Of a stretch of 64,000 nt of DNA, positions 26,690-37,000 are shown one piece after another (the first letter of the stretch is position 1; every line of letters starts with the position of its first letter). The stretch comes from Candidatus Bacteroides intestinipullorum (GTDB taxonomy: Bacteria > Bacteroidota > Bacteroidia > Bacteroidales > Bacteroidaceae). The stretch lies in assembly GCA_018883785.1 (NCBI GenBank), contig JAHLFO010000040.1, positions 1,121 to 65,120 on the forward strand, given 5' to 3'. Both the position numbers and the translations under genes were made by a program. The notes beneath the pieces are model-generated. The model was not told where the DNA came from and searched no databases. It worked only from the letters and a program-made list of their open reading frames with translations.

Positions 26690-27102
26690 AGCATCTGCCT
26701 CCAAGGTATCACGATGCCACGCCCGATGCAATTGGCATAGAATTCGTCGAACGTGCGGGTCGGATTTCCGTCTATGTCGTCCACATACAGTTTGATATGC
26801 AGGCAGACGTGTGCCTCGTCTTGAAGCGACTTCTTATAGAAATCGGCTTTCAGCATATTGGCCAGGTAGTAGACGTCATATCCTCCGCCGTTTTTCAATT
26901 CAATGCCGTTGCGTTTCAGCATCGCATCCACCTCGTCTGCGCTCCACGCTTCCAGCTTCTTTTTCTTGCCGGTCATTTCATCTTTCACCTGCATCTGGCC
27001 GACGGCCCACTTGTACAGCCGTTCGCTGAAGTGCGGACCGTAGGTGCCCACGTATGCAGCAAAGTCTTCAGGAAGCCTTCTGTAAAGGTCGTTTCTTTGC
27101 AT
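26686..27102 (-). CDS. Conserved helical phage protein (YGPHFS...YLANMLKADF...YVDDIDG)
   Basis: Start MQRNDLY at 27102; part of the CCC-protein cassette. Confidence 0.8.
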   Translation of the reverse strand: MQRNDLYRRLPEDFAAYVGTYGPHFSERLYKWAVGQMQVKDEMTGKKKKLEAWSADEVDAMLKRNGIELKNGGGYDVYYLANMLKADFYKKSLQDEAHVCLHIKLYVDDIDGNPTRTFDEFYANCIGRGIVIPWRQML

Positions 27103-27146
27103 GTTTTTATCCTCCTTTTGTAATATAAAATTATCAATCCGTCTGA

Positions 27147-27270
27147 TTTTTACAAGCAACTGAATATCAATCAGTTGGCAAATCAAATAAGAAGGCCGTG
27201 CCAAGTGCGTACTTTGTGCGTGTCAAGTGGAGACTTTGACACGGGGTTTGCGCAACTTTGACACGGCCTT
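27147..27270. repeat. Att-like palindrome plus nested inverted repeat (MITE/REP-like)
   Basis: CAACTGA-N7-TCAGTTG (27147-27167); AAGGCCGTGCCAA...TTGACACGGCCTT (27192-27270) with inner CGTGTCAA/TTGACACG. Confidence 0.7.
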
Positions 27271-27320
27271 TCCGCTGAATATGTTGAAATCCGCCGATAA
27301 TGTACGGTTTGTTTACCATA

Positions 27321-27650
27321 TTACATATATCGACCGTCTGAACGTCTGCGGTGTCGCTCACCCATGCCTTCGCCGGAATAGCCTCTGCCGCGCTGCCCGT
27401 AGTCGCCGCGTTCGCCCATGTCGTCGTCCTCGTCGTCCACGCCCATGTCGCGCGGCATCGTGCGCTCGCCCATGCCTTGCGTCAGCTCGGGAGGAACGCG
27501 GTAGCCCAGCTTCTTCAGCTTTTTCAAGGCTTTTTCAAAACCGTGTCGGCAACCTTCTTCGTAGGCCTCCTCCACCTCGTCGCGCAGTCCGAAGCCGCCT
27601 TCCTGCTCATCGTCGATTTCGTGAATCAGTTTAAGATTTCTGTAACTCAT
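27321..27650 (-). CDS. Small protein with GMGER repeats and C-terminal RRRSDGRYM
   Basis: Acidic/Gly-Arg low complexity; start MSYRNL. Confidence 0.75.
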   Translation of the reverse strand: MSYRNLKLIHEIDDEQEGGFGLRDEVEEAYEEGCRHGFEKALKKLKKLGYRVPPELTQGMGERTMPRDMGVDDEDDDMGERGDYGQRGRGYSGEGMGERHRRRSDGRYM

Positions 27651-27655
27651 AATTT

Positions 27656-28180
27656 CTATTGTTTTGGATTCGTCTTTGTTTCGTCCTTTTCTTCCAAACA
27701 CTTCATCAGTTTCTCGTTCATGACCTGCAAGCGGGCCAATTGCGCTTTGATTTCTGCCAGTTCCTTATCCTGCTGTTGCTTTGCGGCAATTTCGGGGTTC
27801 AGCATGGAAAGCATCTGCTGGCAGGCGGAAAGGAAGTTCTTATGGTAGTCCACGCTGCGGAGCACTTCTTCGCTCTTCTGCTTCATGGTGATGATTTCAG
27901 CGTTCATCTCATCGCGCGAGGCAGAAACCAGCATCCCAGTCCGGGTATCGTCTGCAATGTCCATGTTGGCGGGCAATTCTTGCAGGTTCACGTTTTGGCC
28001 GTTGATGTTAACCACCACGTCCACCACCATAGTAGGTTGCGGATAACCCGCCGCAGATGGCTTGTAGACGGTACGCATCGGAGTGACGCTCACCACTTGC
28101 CCGTATTCCAGGCTGGGACTGTTTCCCGCATTCCGATGAAGGATGTACAATGTACTGTTAGGTCGTAAATTCTGAAACAT
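27656..28180 (-). CDS. Beta-domain plus coiled-coil phage protein (MFQNLRPNSTLYILH)
   Basis: 174-aa ORF in the cassette. Confidence 0.85.
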   Translation of the reverse strand: MFQNLRPNSTLYILHRNAGNSPSLEYGQVVSVTPMRTVYKPSAAGYPQPTMVVDVVVNINGQNVNLQELPANMDIADDTRTGMLVSASRDEMNAEIITMKQKSEEVLRSVDYHKNFLSACQQMLSMLNPEIAAKQQQDKELAEIKAQLARLQVMNEKLMKCLEEKDETKTNPKQ

Positions 28181-28244
28181 AGTCGAATTGGTTTAGTAAT
28201 TGGAGGACGCCGCTTGCACGGCGCCCCGTTTGATTGATAGGTTC

Positions 28245-28631
28245 TCAGGCTCCAGCCGTAGCTGTGCTCGGACGGAATCCGCCGTTCACGATATACAACT
28301 GGTTGGTGTACCGGTTGTAGTGAATCTCGTAGATTCCGGGGCCGGCGAAGTTGGCCACCGTGGCTGGTGTGGTGCCGTATTCCAGCAAGGGACGGGTATC
28401 ACCATTCGTCCCTATCAGTATAGGAAGCGTGGCGGTAGTCCCTGTCGGGATGGCATCCCGAAGATCGAGGAAGAAACCGCCCACGTAGTTGCGCCGGTAG
28501 AAGGCATGGTTAGGCAGTTCTATCGTAACATTCTCCGTTCCTACCGTGACACCCGTGCTCGGTATGGTGTTGAAGTTGTTACGTCCCAGATTCGGGAAAA
28601 GGAAAGGCAAGTTTGGAAAGAAGTCCCACAT
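28245..28631 (-). CDS. Small beta-sandwich-like protein
   Basis: 128-aa Thr/Pro/Gly-rich ORF in the cassette. Confidence 0.8.
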   Translation of the reverse strand: MWDFFPNLPFLFPNLGRNNFNTIPSTGVTVGTENVTIELPNHAFYRRNYVGGFFLDLRDAIPTGTTATLPILIGTNGDTRPLLEYGTTPATVANFAGPGIYEIHYNRYTNQLYIVNGGFRPSTATAGA

Positions 28632-28651
28632 AAGTCACCTCCTTTCCTTCG

Positions 28652-29638
28652 TTAGCCCCAAAATCCTGTGTTGTATCCACCGCAACCATATCCTGCATAA
28701 CCGCCTGCGGCAGCACCGAAGGCAGCGGCACGGGCCACTTCGGGATTATAAACTTGCAACTGCGGGTATGGCACGCTTACCGTGTTGGGAAGCTTGCACT
28801 TGATGCCGTCAACCTCTCCCTGCAAGGATTGGATTCCTGCGACAAGCGGTGCAATCTGCTGAGCCACGCTTCCCATAATAGTTTGTGTCTGATGCTCGTT
28901 ATTGAGTTGTGCAGCCAATGTTGCGCTCTTCTGACGTTCCGCATCAAGTTTGTCTTGTAATACACGGGTTTCTGCCGCATCGAGCTTCGCCAAGATAGCT
29001 TGCGTTTGAGCTTGTGTGGCATCTTGCAAGTTCCGTGCATTATTATTCATTTCCCGTGTCAGCGTGTTCATGTTCTGACAGTTTTGAAGTTGCGTGGCAC
29101 AACCTTGCCGTTCTATGGCCTGAAGCACGTTGCAGCAACAAGACGACATTTGAGAGATGATGTTGTTATCTCCGGCTTGCAAGGCATTGATTACCTGCGT
29201 ACCGGTTAGTCCAACCTGGTTGCCCACCTGCGTAATCGTGTTCTGCACGTTGCACAGGGCCGTCTGCAATTGCTGTGTCGAGCAGTTCAGCGAGGAGGCG
29301 ATCTGCTGGATGGCATTCCCGTTGCCTTGGATGGCCTGCATCAGCAGTTCACGTCCGGCATTTCCTGCCAGTTCTGCGGGCAGACCGTTTTCGCCACGGC
29401 CACCGCCGAAGAAGCCGCTATTGCCGTTCCAACCGAAGATGCTGGCGATAACCACCAACCAGATGATGCTCCACCAGCCGTCCTGGCCGCCAAAGCCGTT
29501 GCGATTGCCCATCAGGGCCAACAGATTGGGATCGACGCTACGGCCTCCCAACACTCCGGGCAACAGGGCGGTAATATCCAGCTTGCTGCCGCCATTACCT
29601 CCGTCGCCACCAAAAACATAAGTCCGTTCTGTAGACAT
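28652..29638 (-). CDS. Gly-rich, TM, long Gln/Asn coiled-coil 'CCC' protein
   Basis: GGQDGWWSIIWLVVIASIFGWNG hydrophobic segment, heptads, SSCCC motif; own -7 box TACCTTTG at 29684-29691. Confidence 0.85.
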   Translation of the reverse strand: MSTERTYVFGGDGGNGGSKLDITALLPGVLGGRSVDPNLLALMGNRNGFGGQDGWWSIIWLVVIASIFGWNGNSGFFGGGRGENGLPAELAGNAGRELLMQAIQGNGNAIQQIASSLNCSTQQLQTALCNVQNTITQVGNQVGLTGTQVINALQAGDNNIISQMSSCCCNVLQAIERQGCATQLQNCQNMNTLTREMNNNARNLQDATQAQTQAILAKLDAAETRVLQDKLDAERQKSATLAAQLNNEHQTQTIMGSVAQQIAPLVAGIQSLQGEVDGIKCKLPNTVSVPYPQLQVYNPEVARAAAFGAAAGGYAGYGCGGYNTGFWG

Positions 29639-29699
29639 AAATAGTTAAGGTTTAGGTTTACGGGCAATATCGCCCGCCGGAGGCAAAGGTATGGATTGT

Positions 29700-30008
29700 T
29701 CATGTCGATGGGAATAAGTTATTTTTCAGCTGTTTGCGAACATTCTGCGCGTAGATTGCAATCATTTTGTTGGTGCTCAGGCGTGCTTCATAATGGCCGA
29801 GAAGATAGCGTATGGATGCAGGCGTTTTCCGCATGTACACGGCAATTTGAACGGGATAGAAACCACGTTCGGAGAGCAGTTTCACGTAGATGCAACGGGC
29901 ATCCACGACTTCTGTGTGCTTACAGGATGAAAGTATCTGCGAAGCGGATACTTCTGTCTCCCGGGAGACAGCTTGAAGAATTTCGGCAAAGATTTCACTC
30001 TTACACAT
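29700..30008 (-). CDS. DnaA C-terminal (Bac_DnaA_C)-like HTH regulator
   Basis: ILQAVSRETEVSASQILS...EVVDARCI...QIAVYMRKT.ASIRY. Confidence 0.75.
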   Translation of the reverse strand: MCKSEIFAEILQAVSRETEVSASQILSSCKHTEVVDARCIYVKLLSERGFYPVQIAVYMRKTPASIRYLLGHYEARLSTNKMIAIYAQNVRKQLKNNLFPST

Positions 30009-30030
30009 ATCATGTTTCAATTTTATTGTT

Positions 30031-30190
30031 TACCTTTGCCTTGTCCAGCATAAAGAAACAAAGCACAGAATCCCATGTGAAGGCATTTGCCCTCAACGTG
30101 GTGGGATTCTATGCTCCTACTTTTTGTTTTATGCTGGACACATCAAACAAGAACACGTTGGGGGCTTTTCTTTTGCTCTAAAGCCCCCGA
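30031..30190 (+). ncRNA. Putative promoter-driven long-hairpin small RNA with terminator
   Basis: TACCTTTG 30031-30038; TGTCCAGCATAAA/TTTATGCTGGACA and AGAATCCCA/TGGGATTCT stems; GGGGGCTTT/AAAGCCCCC hairpin. Confidence 0.6.
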
Positions 30191-30202
30191 AAAGAGCCTC
30201 GT

Positions 30203-30664
30203 TCAATGCCGCCTCACATAGACAACGACATACACAACGAGAAAAATGATTAATCCCAGCAGCCCGAAGATGGCCACGCCACCCACGTCCTGCTTGAACT
30301 GTTGCCAGCGGCTCAACTTTTTCTCCACTTCCACGATTTGCGGTTTGGTAACGGTGACGTATCGGTCGATGAAGTAAGGCACTTCTACCTGTGTAGTAGC
30401 AAACGGCCAAATACCAAGGGAATGGTGCAACAGGCCGTCGCTCCACTGCGCCCAGCTATAGCCGTATGGATTGGACAGGAAAGAAGAGGTATCTCGTGTG
30501 GCGACGCTGTCCTTATAAGGAACCAACCGAACGTACATCGACGTGTCATGTACCACCGTGCTGTCCACCCGCACCGTCTCCACGGGGATGTACCGCACCT
30601 GCCTGCACGACGCAAGGCTCAGCAAGGCCAATACATACAATAGGAATATCCCCGCCGTCCTCAT
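30203..30664 (-). CDS. Lipoprotein with C-terminal TM; unimolecular-spanin-like
   Basis: Lipobox LSLASC at the N-terminus, TM at the C-terminus, ATGA overlap with the endolysin. Confidence 0.7.
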   Translation of the reverse strand: MRTAGIFLLYVLALLSLASCRQVRYIPVETVRVDSTVVHDTSMYVRLVPYKDSVATRDTSSFLSNPYGYSWAQWSDGLLHHSLGIWPFATTQVEVPYFIDRYVTVTKPQIVEVEKKLSRWQQFKQDVGGVAIFGLLGLIIFLVVYVVVYVRRH

Positions 30665-31065
30665 AGCAGCCCCCACCCCCTTTCCACGTCCTCCATCACC
30701 GCGTCCACCCCGTTCTCGTGCCGGGAGATGGCAGCGGCCAGGGCGCACATCGTGCCTTTGTCCTCGATGTCCGGCACGTAGCTGTCCGGCACCTGCATCT
30801 CGCGGCATACCGAACGGATGTAGGCCGATGTGTTGTTCTCGTTCGTGGGTGCCCAGCGGCTGATGAGCTCGGCGAGAGTCTGTAGCTTATACTTCTTACG
30901 GTAGGTTTGAAGCGTCTTAATCAACGCTCGGTACCCCCACATCGGGGCGGTGAACTGGAAGAACTGCGGGTCGGTCTGCCGGGCACGCAGACCCATCCAG
31001 CGGTCGTTGCTCCGGCGGATGTTGCCCGGGTTATTGTTCCGTAATCCTCTGGGTTGATTGTTCAT
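30661..31065 (-). CDS. Endolysin, lysozyme-like ('structural protein P5' family)
   Basis: RGLRNNNPGNIR...WAPTNENNT...AISRHENG; lies between holin and spanin. Confidence 0.8.
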   Translation of the reverse strand: MNNQPRGLRNNNPGNIRRSNDRWMGLRARQTDPQFFQFTAPMWGYRALIKTLQTYRKKYKLQTLAELISRWAPTNENNTSAYIRSVCREMQVPDSYVPDIEDKGTMCALAAAISRHENGVDAVMEDVERGWGLL

Positions 31066-31519
31066 GATTATCCTCCTTTATCACGTTGATATAATCCTCT
31101 TTTTTTCCGCCTGCCATTTTACGCAACACGACAGCAGCCACTTCTTTGAAGTTCAAGCTGTACCCTTTCGGCTTTAGGATGTTGCTGATGATGGACAGGA
31201 ACTCGATGCCGCACACCAGCAGGCAAGCCCAACGGTCGATGGCATAGCAGTTGCCCGCTGCCACGTTTATCATGCATACCATGCACACGAACGAGAAGTA
31301 CGTTACCATCTTGCCCATCGTACGACGGACGGCTCGGCTCACCCGGACTTCCTCCTTCATCAACAGGCTCTTGCGCACGCCGAAGCACAAGTCGCACACA
31401 ATCACCGCACAGCTGACAATCAGCCACGGCACCATGTGCGACAAACTTTCCTGAATAAAAGCAGTGGCCAACGCGGCAAATCCGCTGGACACGCCTTGCG
31501 TCACTATGTCTTTCACCAT
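31031..31519 (-). CDS. Holin
   Basis: Multiple TMs, DL.FGVRK...SRAVRRT.GK...IEFLSIISNIL. Confidence 0.8.
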   Translation of the reverse strand: MVKDIVTQGVSSGFAALATAFIQESLSHMVPWLIVSCAVIVCDLCFGVRKSLLMKEEVRVSRAVRRTMGKMVTYFSFVCMVCMINVAAGNCYAIDRWACLLVCGIEFLSIISNILKPKGYSLNFKEVAAVVLRKMAGGKKEDYINVIKEDNHEQSTQRITEQ

Positions 31520-31598
31520 AAACCGCTCTTTTGAGTCCAAATGTACGCCTGTCTCATCCATACCTGACTATATAAAATGGCAATACGAAACACGACAG

Positions 31599-32027
31599 TT
31601 ATTCCGTCAAGTATTTCACCCATGAGAAGTAGGCGGAATTCTCATTATAATTCGCGTCCTTTTCATTAGCATACGCCTCCTGCTCGAACGATACTGCCCG
31701 ATAGGCTTTATTCCCATCGTGCAAGATACAGAGGCGGACTACATACTCCACCCCATACCACAGATAATACAGTAACGGAACTACCAAGAACCACCACGCG
31801 CTCACACTCCATGCCAGCACAGCCACCAGCAACACCAACCCTGTGAGCATCGTTATCTCCGTCCATTGCCGGGCATGAGTGCATTCATGGTTGCGCACAT
31901 ACTGCGGAACTTCAGTTTCCTTCAACTTGGTAAATACCCACGGGCCTACCGTTATCGTCTCGCAATAGCTGAAGAACAACAATACTTCGGCTATCCAGCT
32001 TTCGTAATAGATGCGTTTCATAATCAA
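31599..32027 (-). CDS. Membrane Zn-peptidase-like protein (HECTH...FEQEAY)
   Basis: HExxH plus a downstream E; two TMs. Confidence 0.75.
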   Translation of the reverse strand: MIMKRIYYESWIAEVLLFFSYCETITVGPWVFTKLKETEVPQYVRNHECTHARQWTEITMLTGLVLLVAVLAWSVSAWWFLVVPLLYYLWYGVEYVVRLCILHDGNKAYRAVSFEQEAYANEKDANYNENSAYFSWVKYLTE

Positions 32028-32039
32028 TATGCTTTTGAA

Positions 32040-32534
32040 TTATCCGACTAAATTATAAGCAATAAGAGACAGGAACTCTTCCCGAATAGTTTCCAATTCT
32101 TTGCCAGTACCTGCTTCCCGATAAATGAAGTTTCCCTCTGCTCCAATAAGGTCATAGATGTCAGCCAAGTCTTCTTTCGTCAGCTTTCCATTTTTTATTT
32201 CTACGGGTTCATCAGCCTTCTTCTTTCGAGCTTCGTCCAATGCCTCAAGAAATGCAGTTTGTTCCGCCTCAAAAGCCTTCATTTTCTCTTCATACTTTGA
32301 CGTTTTCCCTTCTTTCATCTGGTGGTATTCTTTAGCTCTTTCTTCGTATCCTTCGTTCTTTAGCCCGCTCTCCACTTCTTGCATAATTTTGAAGTATTCA
32401 TCCAACTTATGTTGATAGGTTACGCGAAGCAACATCACGTTAGCTGCTGTTCCTTTACTTAAACGTCTACCTTCGAAGGTAAGAGGAATATTCAGCAGGA
32501 TGTTCCTACAGTTGTAAATGTCGTTGTAAGTCAT
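32040..32534 (-). CDS. Hypothetical protein, possibly a tail-fibre assembly factor
   Basis: Directly follows the fibre gene. Confidence 0.65.
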   Translation of the reverse strand: MTYNDIYNCRNILLNIPLTFEGRRLSKGTAANVMLLRVTYQHKLDEYFKIMQEVESGLKNEGYEERAKEYHQMKEGKTSKYEEKMKAFEAEQTAFLEALDEARKKKADEPVEIKNGKLTKEDLADIYDLIGAEGNFIYREAGTGKELETIREEFLSLIAYNLVG

Positions 32535-32537
32535 ACT

Positions 32538-34025
32538 TTAATTTTTAATTATCTTACTTTCTATATTTATTAATTTTTTATTCAAATTTACCACTTCTCT
32601 AGCAATGCTTATGGCAGAAGCAAGAGCTATTCTATCATAAGCCATTGACAAATAACCTTCACAGTCTTCTTTAATTGCTTCTGGAATAATATCTTTCCAA
32701 TATTGAGCGGAACAACCAATTTGTATATCTTTAATTCTCTTATCTTTCCATTTATAACTAAAAATCTTTGCTTGAGCAATCTTATCTAATTCAATGTTTA
32801 TATAAGTGCATATATCTTTCAATCTAATATCCGACGATGCATCTACGGCATTTACGACATAAATTGTTTTCCATCTTGTATCAGGAGCTCCAAAATTCAA
32901 TGCATTTCTCGAATTATAATAAGGTTGTAGACCACCATCAATAAGGCAAAAAGCATTATTTTGACTTCCCCCTAATCTAAAACCAATATTATATCCAGGA
33001 GAACTGTCTATGCTTAATGTAACATTTCCACCTGTCAAAGTTTTCACTCCAGACAAATTCCCATCCATTGAAATACTACTGACATTAGACATGTCTCCAC
33101 TCAACGATTTCGTTCCATCAAAGTTTTGCCCCCAAATAGAACGTCCTATTTGTAATTTAGTCGCACTTGCCACATTAGATGAAGTTGTAGCAAAATCCGG
33201 CTCTGATTTTAATAGATTTTCCCAAGATTGATTTAAATCTGATAGACTTGATAATGTGATGTTATCAATTTCTTCAGACGTACCATTTTCTCCCTTTGGT
33301 ATTCCAAAGTTAAGTTGATACTTTGGATTCCCCTGTAAGTCTGTTCCATCAGGAGTTAGAGATACTGTAGCAAGTGAGTCAGGTGAAAGGGTACTTACTT
33401 GTCCAATCTCTAATATAGGGGTCTTCCCATCTTCACCGTCAGCTCCATCCTTGCCGTTTGTACCGTCAGCTCCATTAGCACCATTTTCTCCTTGTACACC
33501 TTGTGACGGTTTACCAGTGTCTTCACCATTTATATACCAGTTTCCATTATTACCAATGGACGGAGTTGAGCCATTTTGTCCTTTAGCAAGTACACCGGTA
33601 TCTTCTTCTCCAATCCACCAATTATAATTCTCCCCTATGTGTGGGGTTATTCCTGGGTCACCTTTAGAACCTTTATTGTAAAATGGCGGTACTTCTACTT
33701 CTATTTCGCAATTATCCGTTTTCCCAATTGTCAAAATAATACCAGTATCTCTTTTATCCCACAAATTGCAAATTCCATTATGAAAGTCTTCGTCAGTAAG
33801 ATAAAAATGTCTTGTACAGGTCAATATTCCTGGGGGAAGATTGTGATCATCAAAACACACCATCAATCGACCGTCTGAATGCAAGTAGCAATTGGTATAA
33901 AAACCATCTATGTGGCTTGCCACATACTCCCTACCAAAAACAGTACGATATTCAAAAGTAAAAGGGACAGAAAAGTCACACCCGCTTTCTAACAACTTGA
34001 AATCAGACTTATAATTGACATTCAT
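32538..34025 (-). CDS. Tail fibre with collagen-like repeats and C-terminal peptidase-S74 intramolecular chaperone
   Basis: GxDGxDG runs; SSDIRLKDI...IGCSAQYW...LSMAYDRI chaperone motif. Confidence 0.85.
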   Translation of the reverse strand: MNVNYKSDFKLLESGCDFSVPFTFEYRTVFGREYVASHIDGFYTNCYLHSDGRLMVCFDDHNLPPGILTCTRHFYLTDEDFHNGICNLWDKRDTGIILTIGKTDNCEIEVEVPPFYNKGSKGDPGITPHIGENYNWWIGEEDTGVLAKGQNGSTPSIGNNGNWYINGEDTGKPSQGVQGENGANGADGTNGKDGADGEDGKTPILEIGQVSTLSPDSLATVSLTPDGTDLQGNPKYQLNFGIPKGENGTSEEIDNITLSSLSDLNQSWENLLKSEPDFATTSSNVASATKLQIGRSIWGQNFDGTKSLSGDMSNVSSISMDGNLSGVKTLTGGNVTLSIDSSPGYNIGFRLGGSQNNAFCLIDGGLQPYYNSRNALNFGAPDTRWKTIYVVNAVDASSDIRLKDICTYINIELDKIAQAKIFSYKWKDKRIKDIQIGCSAQYWKDIIPEAIKEDCEGYLSMAYDRIALASAISIAREVVNLNKKLINIESKIIKN

Positions 34026-34028
34026 AGT

Positions 34029-37000
34029 TCAAAAATAGGATATATTTGTAATTGTTCCAGAACCATCGTTATATTTCCTTTCAAACAACTCATCAGAATA
34101 TATCGAAGAACTACCCTCAACTGACAAATCGTAATTACTGCCATAGCTCCTACAGCCTATCAAATACATTATCGCTCCTGAACCTGTCCAAAAGCTGACA
34201 TTGTAATTTTGATGGTCAGAACCAAACCATAACGAACTATGCGCCACACAACCAATATTCACTGAAACCGTGTTCGCATTTGCATCCGCAACTACTCCAC
34301 CTTGTGAATACCCATAGTCACAATTTACTCTTATTACCTTGGCACCTTCATGCGCTGTAGAACAATTTTGAGAGTAATAATCAGAACCTATACCATTCAT
34401 ATAACCTCGGCAATCAATTTCCAACACGTGTGGTATATGACCGTCTATTGCATGGTAGTTAAATCCATCATAGAAATTATCAGATGCTTCACAATCTACC
34501 ATATAATAATTACCGCCTTGCGCTCGGAAACCACCTAAAGACGCAGATGTTTTTGCATCTGTGAATTTGCATTTGTAACATGCCACATAGTAGTCATCAT
34601 TCAATAGATACGGATTTAACGCTCCATTAATGCCTCCTTTGAAATGGATATTCTCTATATAAGCATTATTCTTTATCTGTATAGGCGATTTTTCCAAATT
34701 ATCTATGGTTACTTCTCCATAGCCTATCAAGTTGATAGGTACTGTGATTTGTTGGTTGTCCAAATAATTCTTATCAACAGTGTAAGTTCCAGGCAAGAAA
34801 ACAATTGTGCTTGGCTTCAATGCTAATGCTTCCGCAATAGTCTTTACGGCAGTTGACGGCAAAAGCCCTGTTCCACTATGGTCTCCATCTGGAGAAATAT
34901 ACACGGTCTTATTCCCCTTGATAATTTTTGAATGAACGTCGAATAAAGGGATGAACTTTGTCCGCGTCTTATCGGATAACACTCGTATCTGTGCTCGACA
35001 CGCAAAACCACTCGGCCATGATAAATCGTTCAACATTAAGTCGTCGAAATCTACATAACCAGTCAAATGCTTCTGCCCCTTTGCGTATCCACCCGTATAG
35101 CCTTGTCCTTTTTCCAATTCAAATCCAGTTGACGATACTTCACTTGGAGTTATGTTACCCTCGTCCACACGCTTAATTACGAATCGGACGCTTCTGGGAG
35201 AACTAATGGTGAATGAGACGCTTGTACCATAACTGGTAAGCATTGCAAAACCATTAGTAACATCCCAAGCAACCACGTTATAACTACTATTTACTGAAAC
35301 AGTATAATTTCCAGAAGGTAGCTCTTCAGCTAAACTTCGTATGCGATTAGCATCATTATTAAGTCCAATGATTGTTACAGCGCCCTGTTCCCAATCTAAC
35401 GTAGGAAGTTCTTCCTGCGTAGTGTCCTCTACAAAAATTATATTTGCGAACTTGAAATAATCTTTATATGTATCGTTGGCAACATTAATAGCAACATAAC
35501 AACACTTGGAAGGTGTTGTAATCGTTATATCTCCGGGTTCATCCCACTCTCCCATTTTCACGATATTAGAACCGGAATAATAAGAATTCATATTACGGGT
35601 ATCTAATACATTCTTATTAATGTCTAATAATGAAATGGACTTTCCTATCGGGATGTGCCATCCACTCAACGTATATGTTTTTTCACCCTCCACAGGAATA
35701 ACAGCAGCCCTGTAATTCCAAAGGTTACCATATTGTAATTGTGAAGGATAGAGAAGCTCTCCAGGACTTGCATTGTTAACAGCCATTTCAAGCACATTGC
35801 GTACGGAGTACAGATTGTTTGGATTATTGCTATTAATTAATGCAAAAACATTTGTAATGGAATTTACTTCATTAGCAGAGTTAGTCAATTCTCTGAACAC
35901 GATATTTCTTACACCGCTATCTCTAAAATCTTGTACACTCGTTGAAATGAATTGATATATCTTGTACTGGTAACTTCCTACTTTGAACATCAGAAGCAAT
36001 CCGGGTTTTATCAGCACGTCAGGAACAATGTCAATAACTTGGTCTAATGTATAGTAATTACCCGCTTCCAAAGGTGCTTCATAGTCCGCGTTAAAGATGA
36101 ATGTCTTTTTCGTAAACAAATCTTGACTTATACCATAAAAAGTACCTGTCCCCCAATCTTCTTGCCTCACTTTCGCGAAATTCTCAGGAATCCATCCATT
36201 ATCTTGTGATTCACTTGTAGTGTTGAATGCGCTTCGCTTGCGAAAAGAACTTTGGGAAAAGTCAAACCCAGTCGCCGACACTTCACTTGGCGTGATGCCT
36301 GCGTCATCCATTTTCTTTATTACGAACCGCACTTTCTTTGTGGTGTCAAGAGTGAACGACACTCTTGTGCCGTAATTTGTGAGCATCGTGAACCCACTCG
36401 TCACATCCCATGCGACTACATTGTATCCGCTGTTGACTTCCACGGTATAATCACCCGCACCCAATGAAACGGCAAGGCTTCGTATGCGGTTGGTATCGTT
36501 TGTTAATCCGACAACTGATACAGCGCCCTGTTCCCAAGAGAATTCTGGTAATTCTTCTTCAGGAGGAACAGTACCTTTTCCCAATTCAAATCCAGTTGAC
36601 GATACATCACTTGGAGTTATATCGCCCTCGTCCACACGCTTAATTACGAATCGGACGCTCTTTGTAGAATCAATAATAAATGATACGCTTGTCCCATAAT
36701 TCGTCAGCATCTCAAAACCGCTGGTAACATCCCATACGACTACGTTGTAACTACTATTGACGCTTACAGTATAGCTGCCAGCTTCGAGGTTATTTTCTGC
36801 ACTTCTGATTCTTTTTGAATTTCCATCTTCCAACCCTTCAACTGTTACAGCACCCTGCTCCCAACTTTCTTCTTCAGGAGGTGTCGGAGTCGTGGATACA
36901 CCATAAAGAGCTATATACTCCTGAAATATACCGTCTTTATCAACGAACAACACACGCAATCCGGGCTGCCGCAACGCCTGCGGAACTTTTTCTATGGCTT

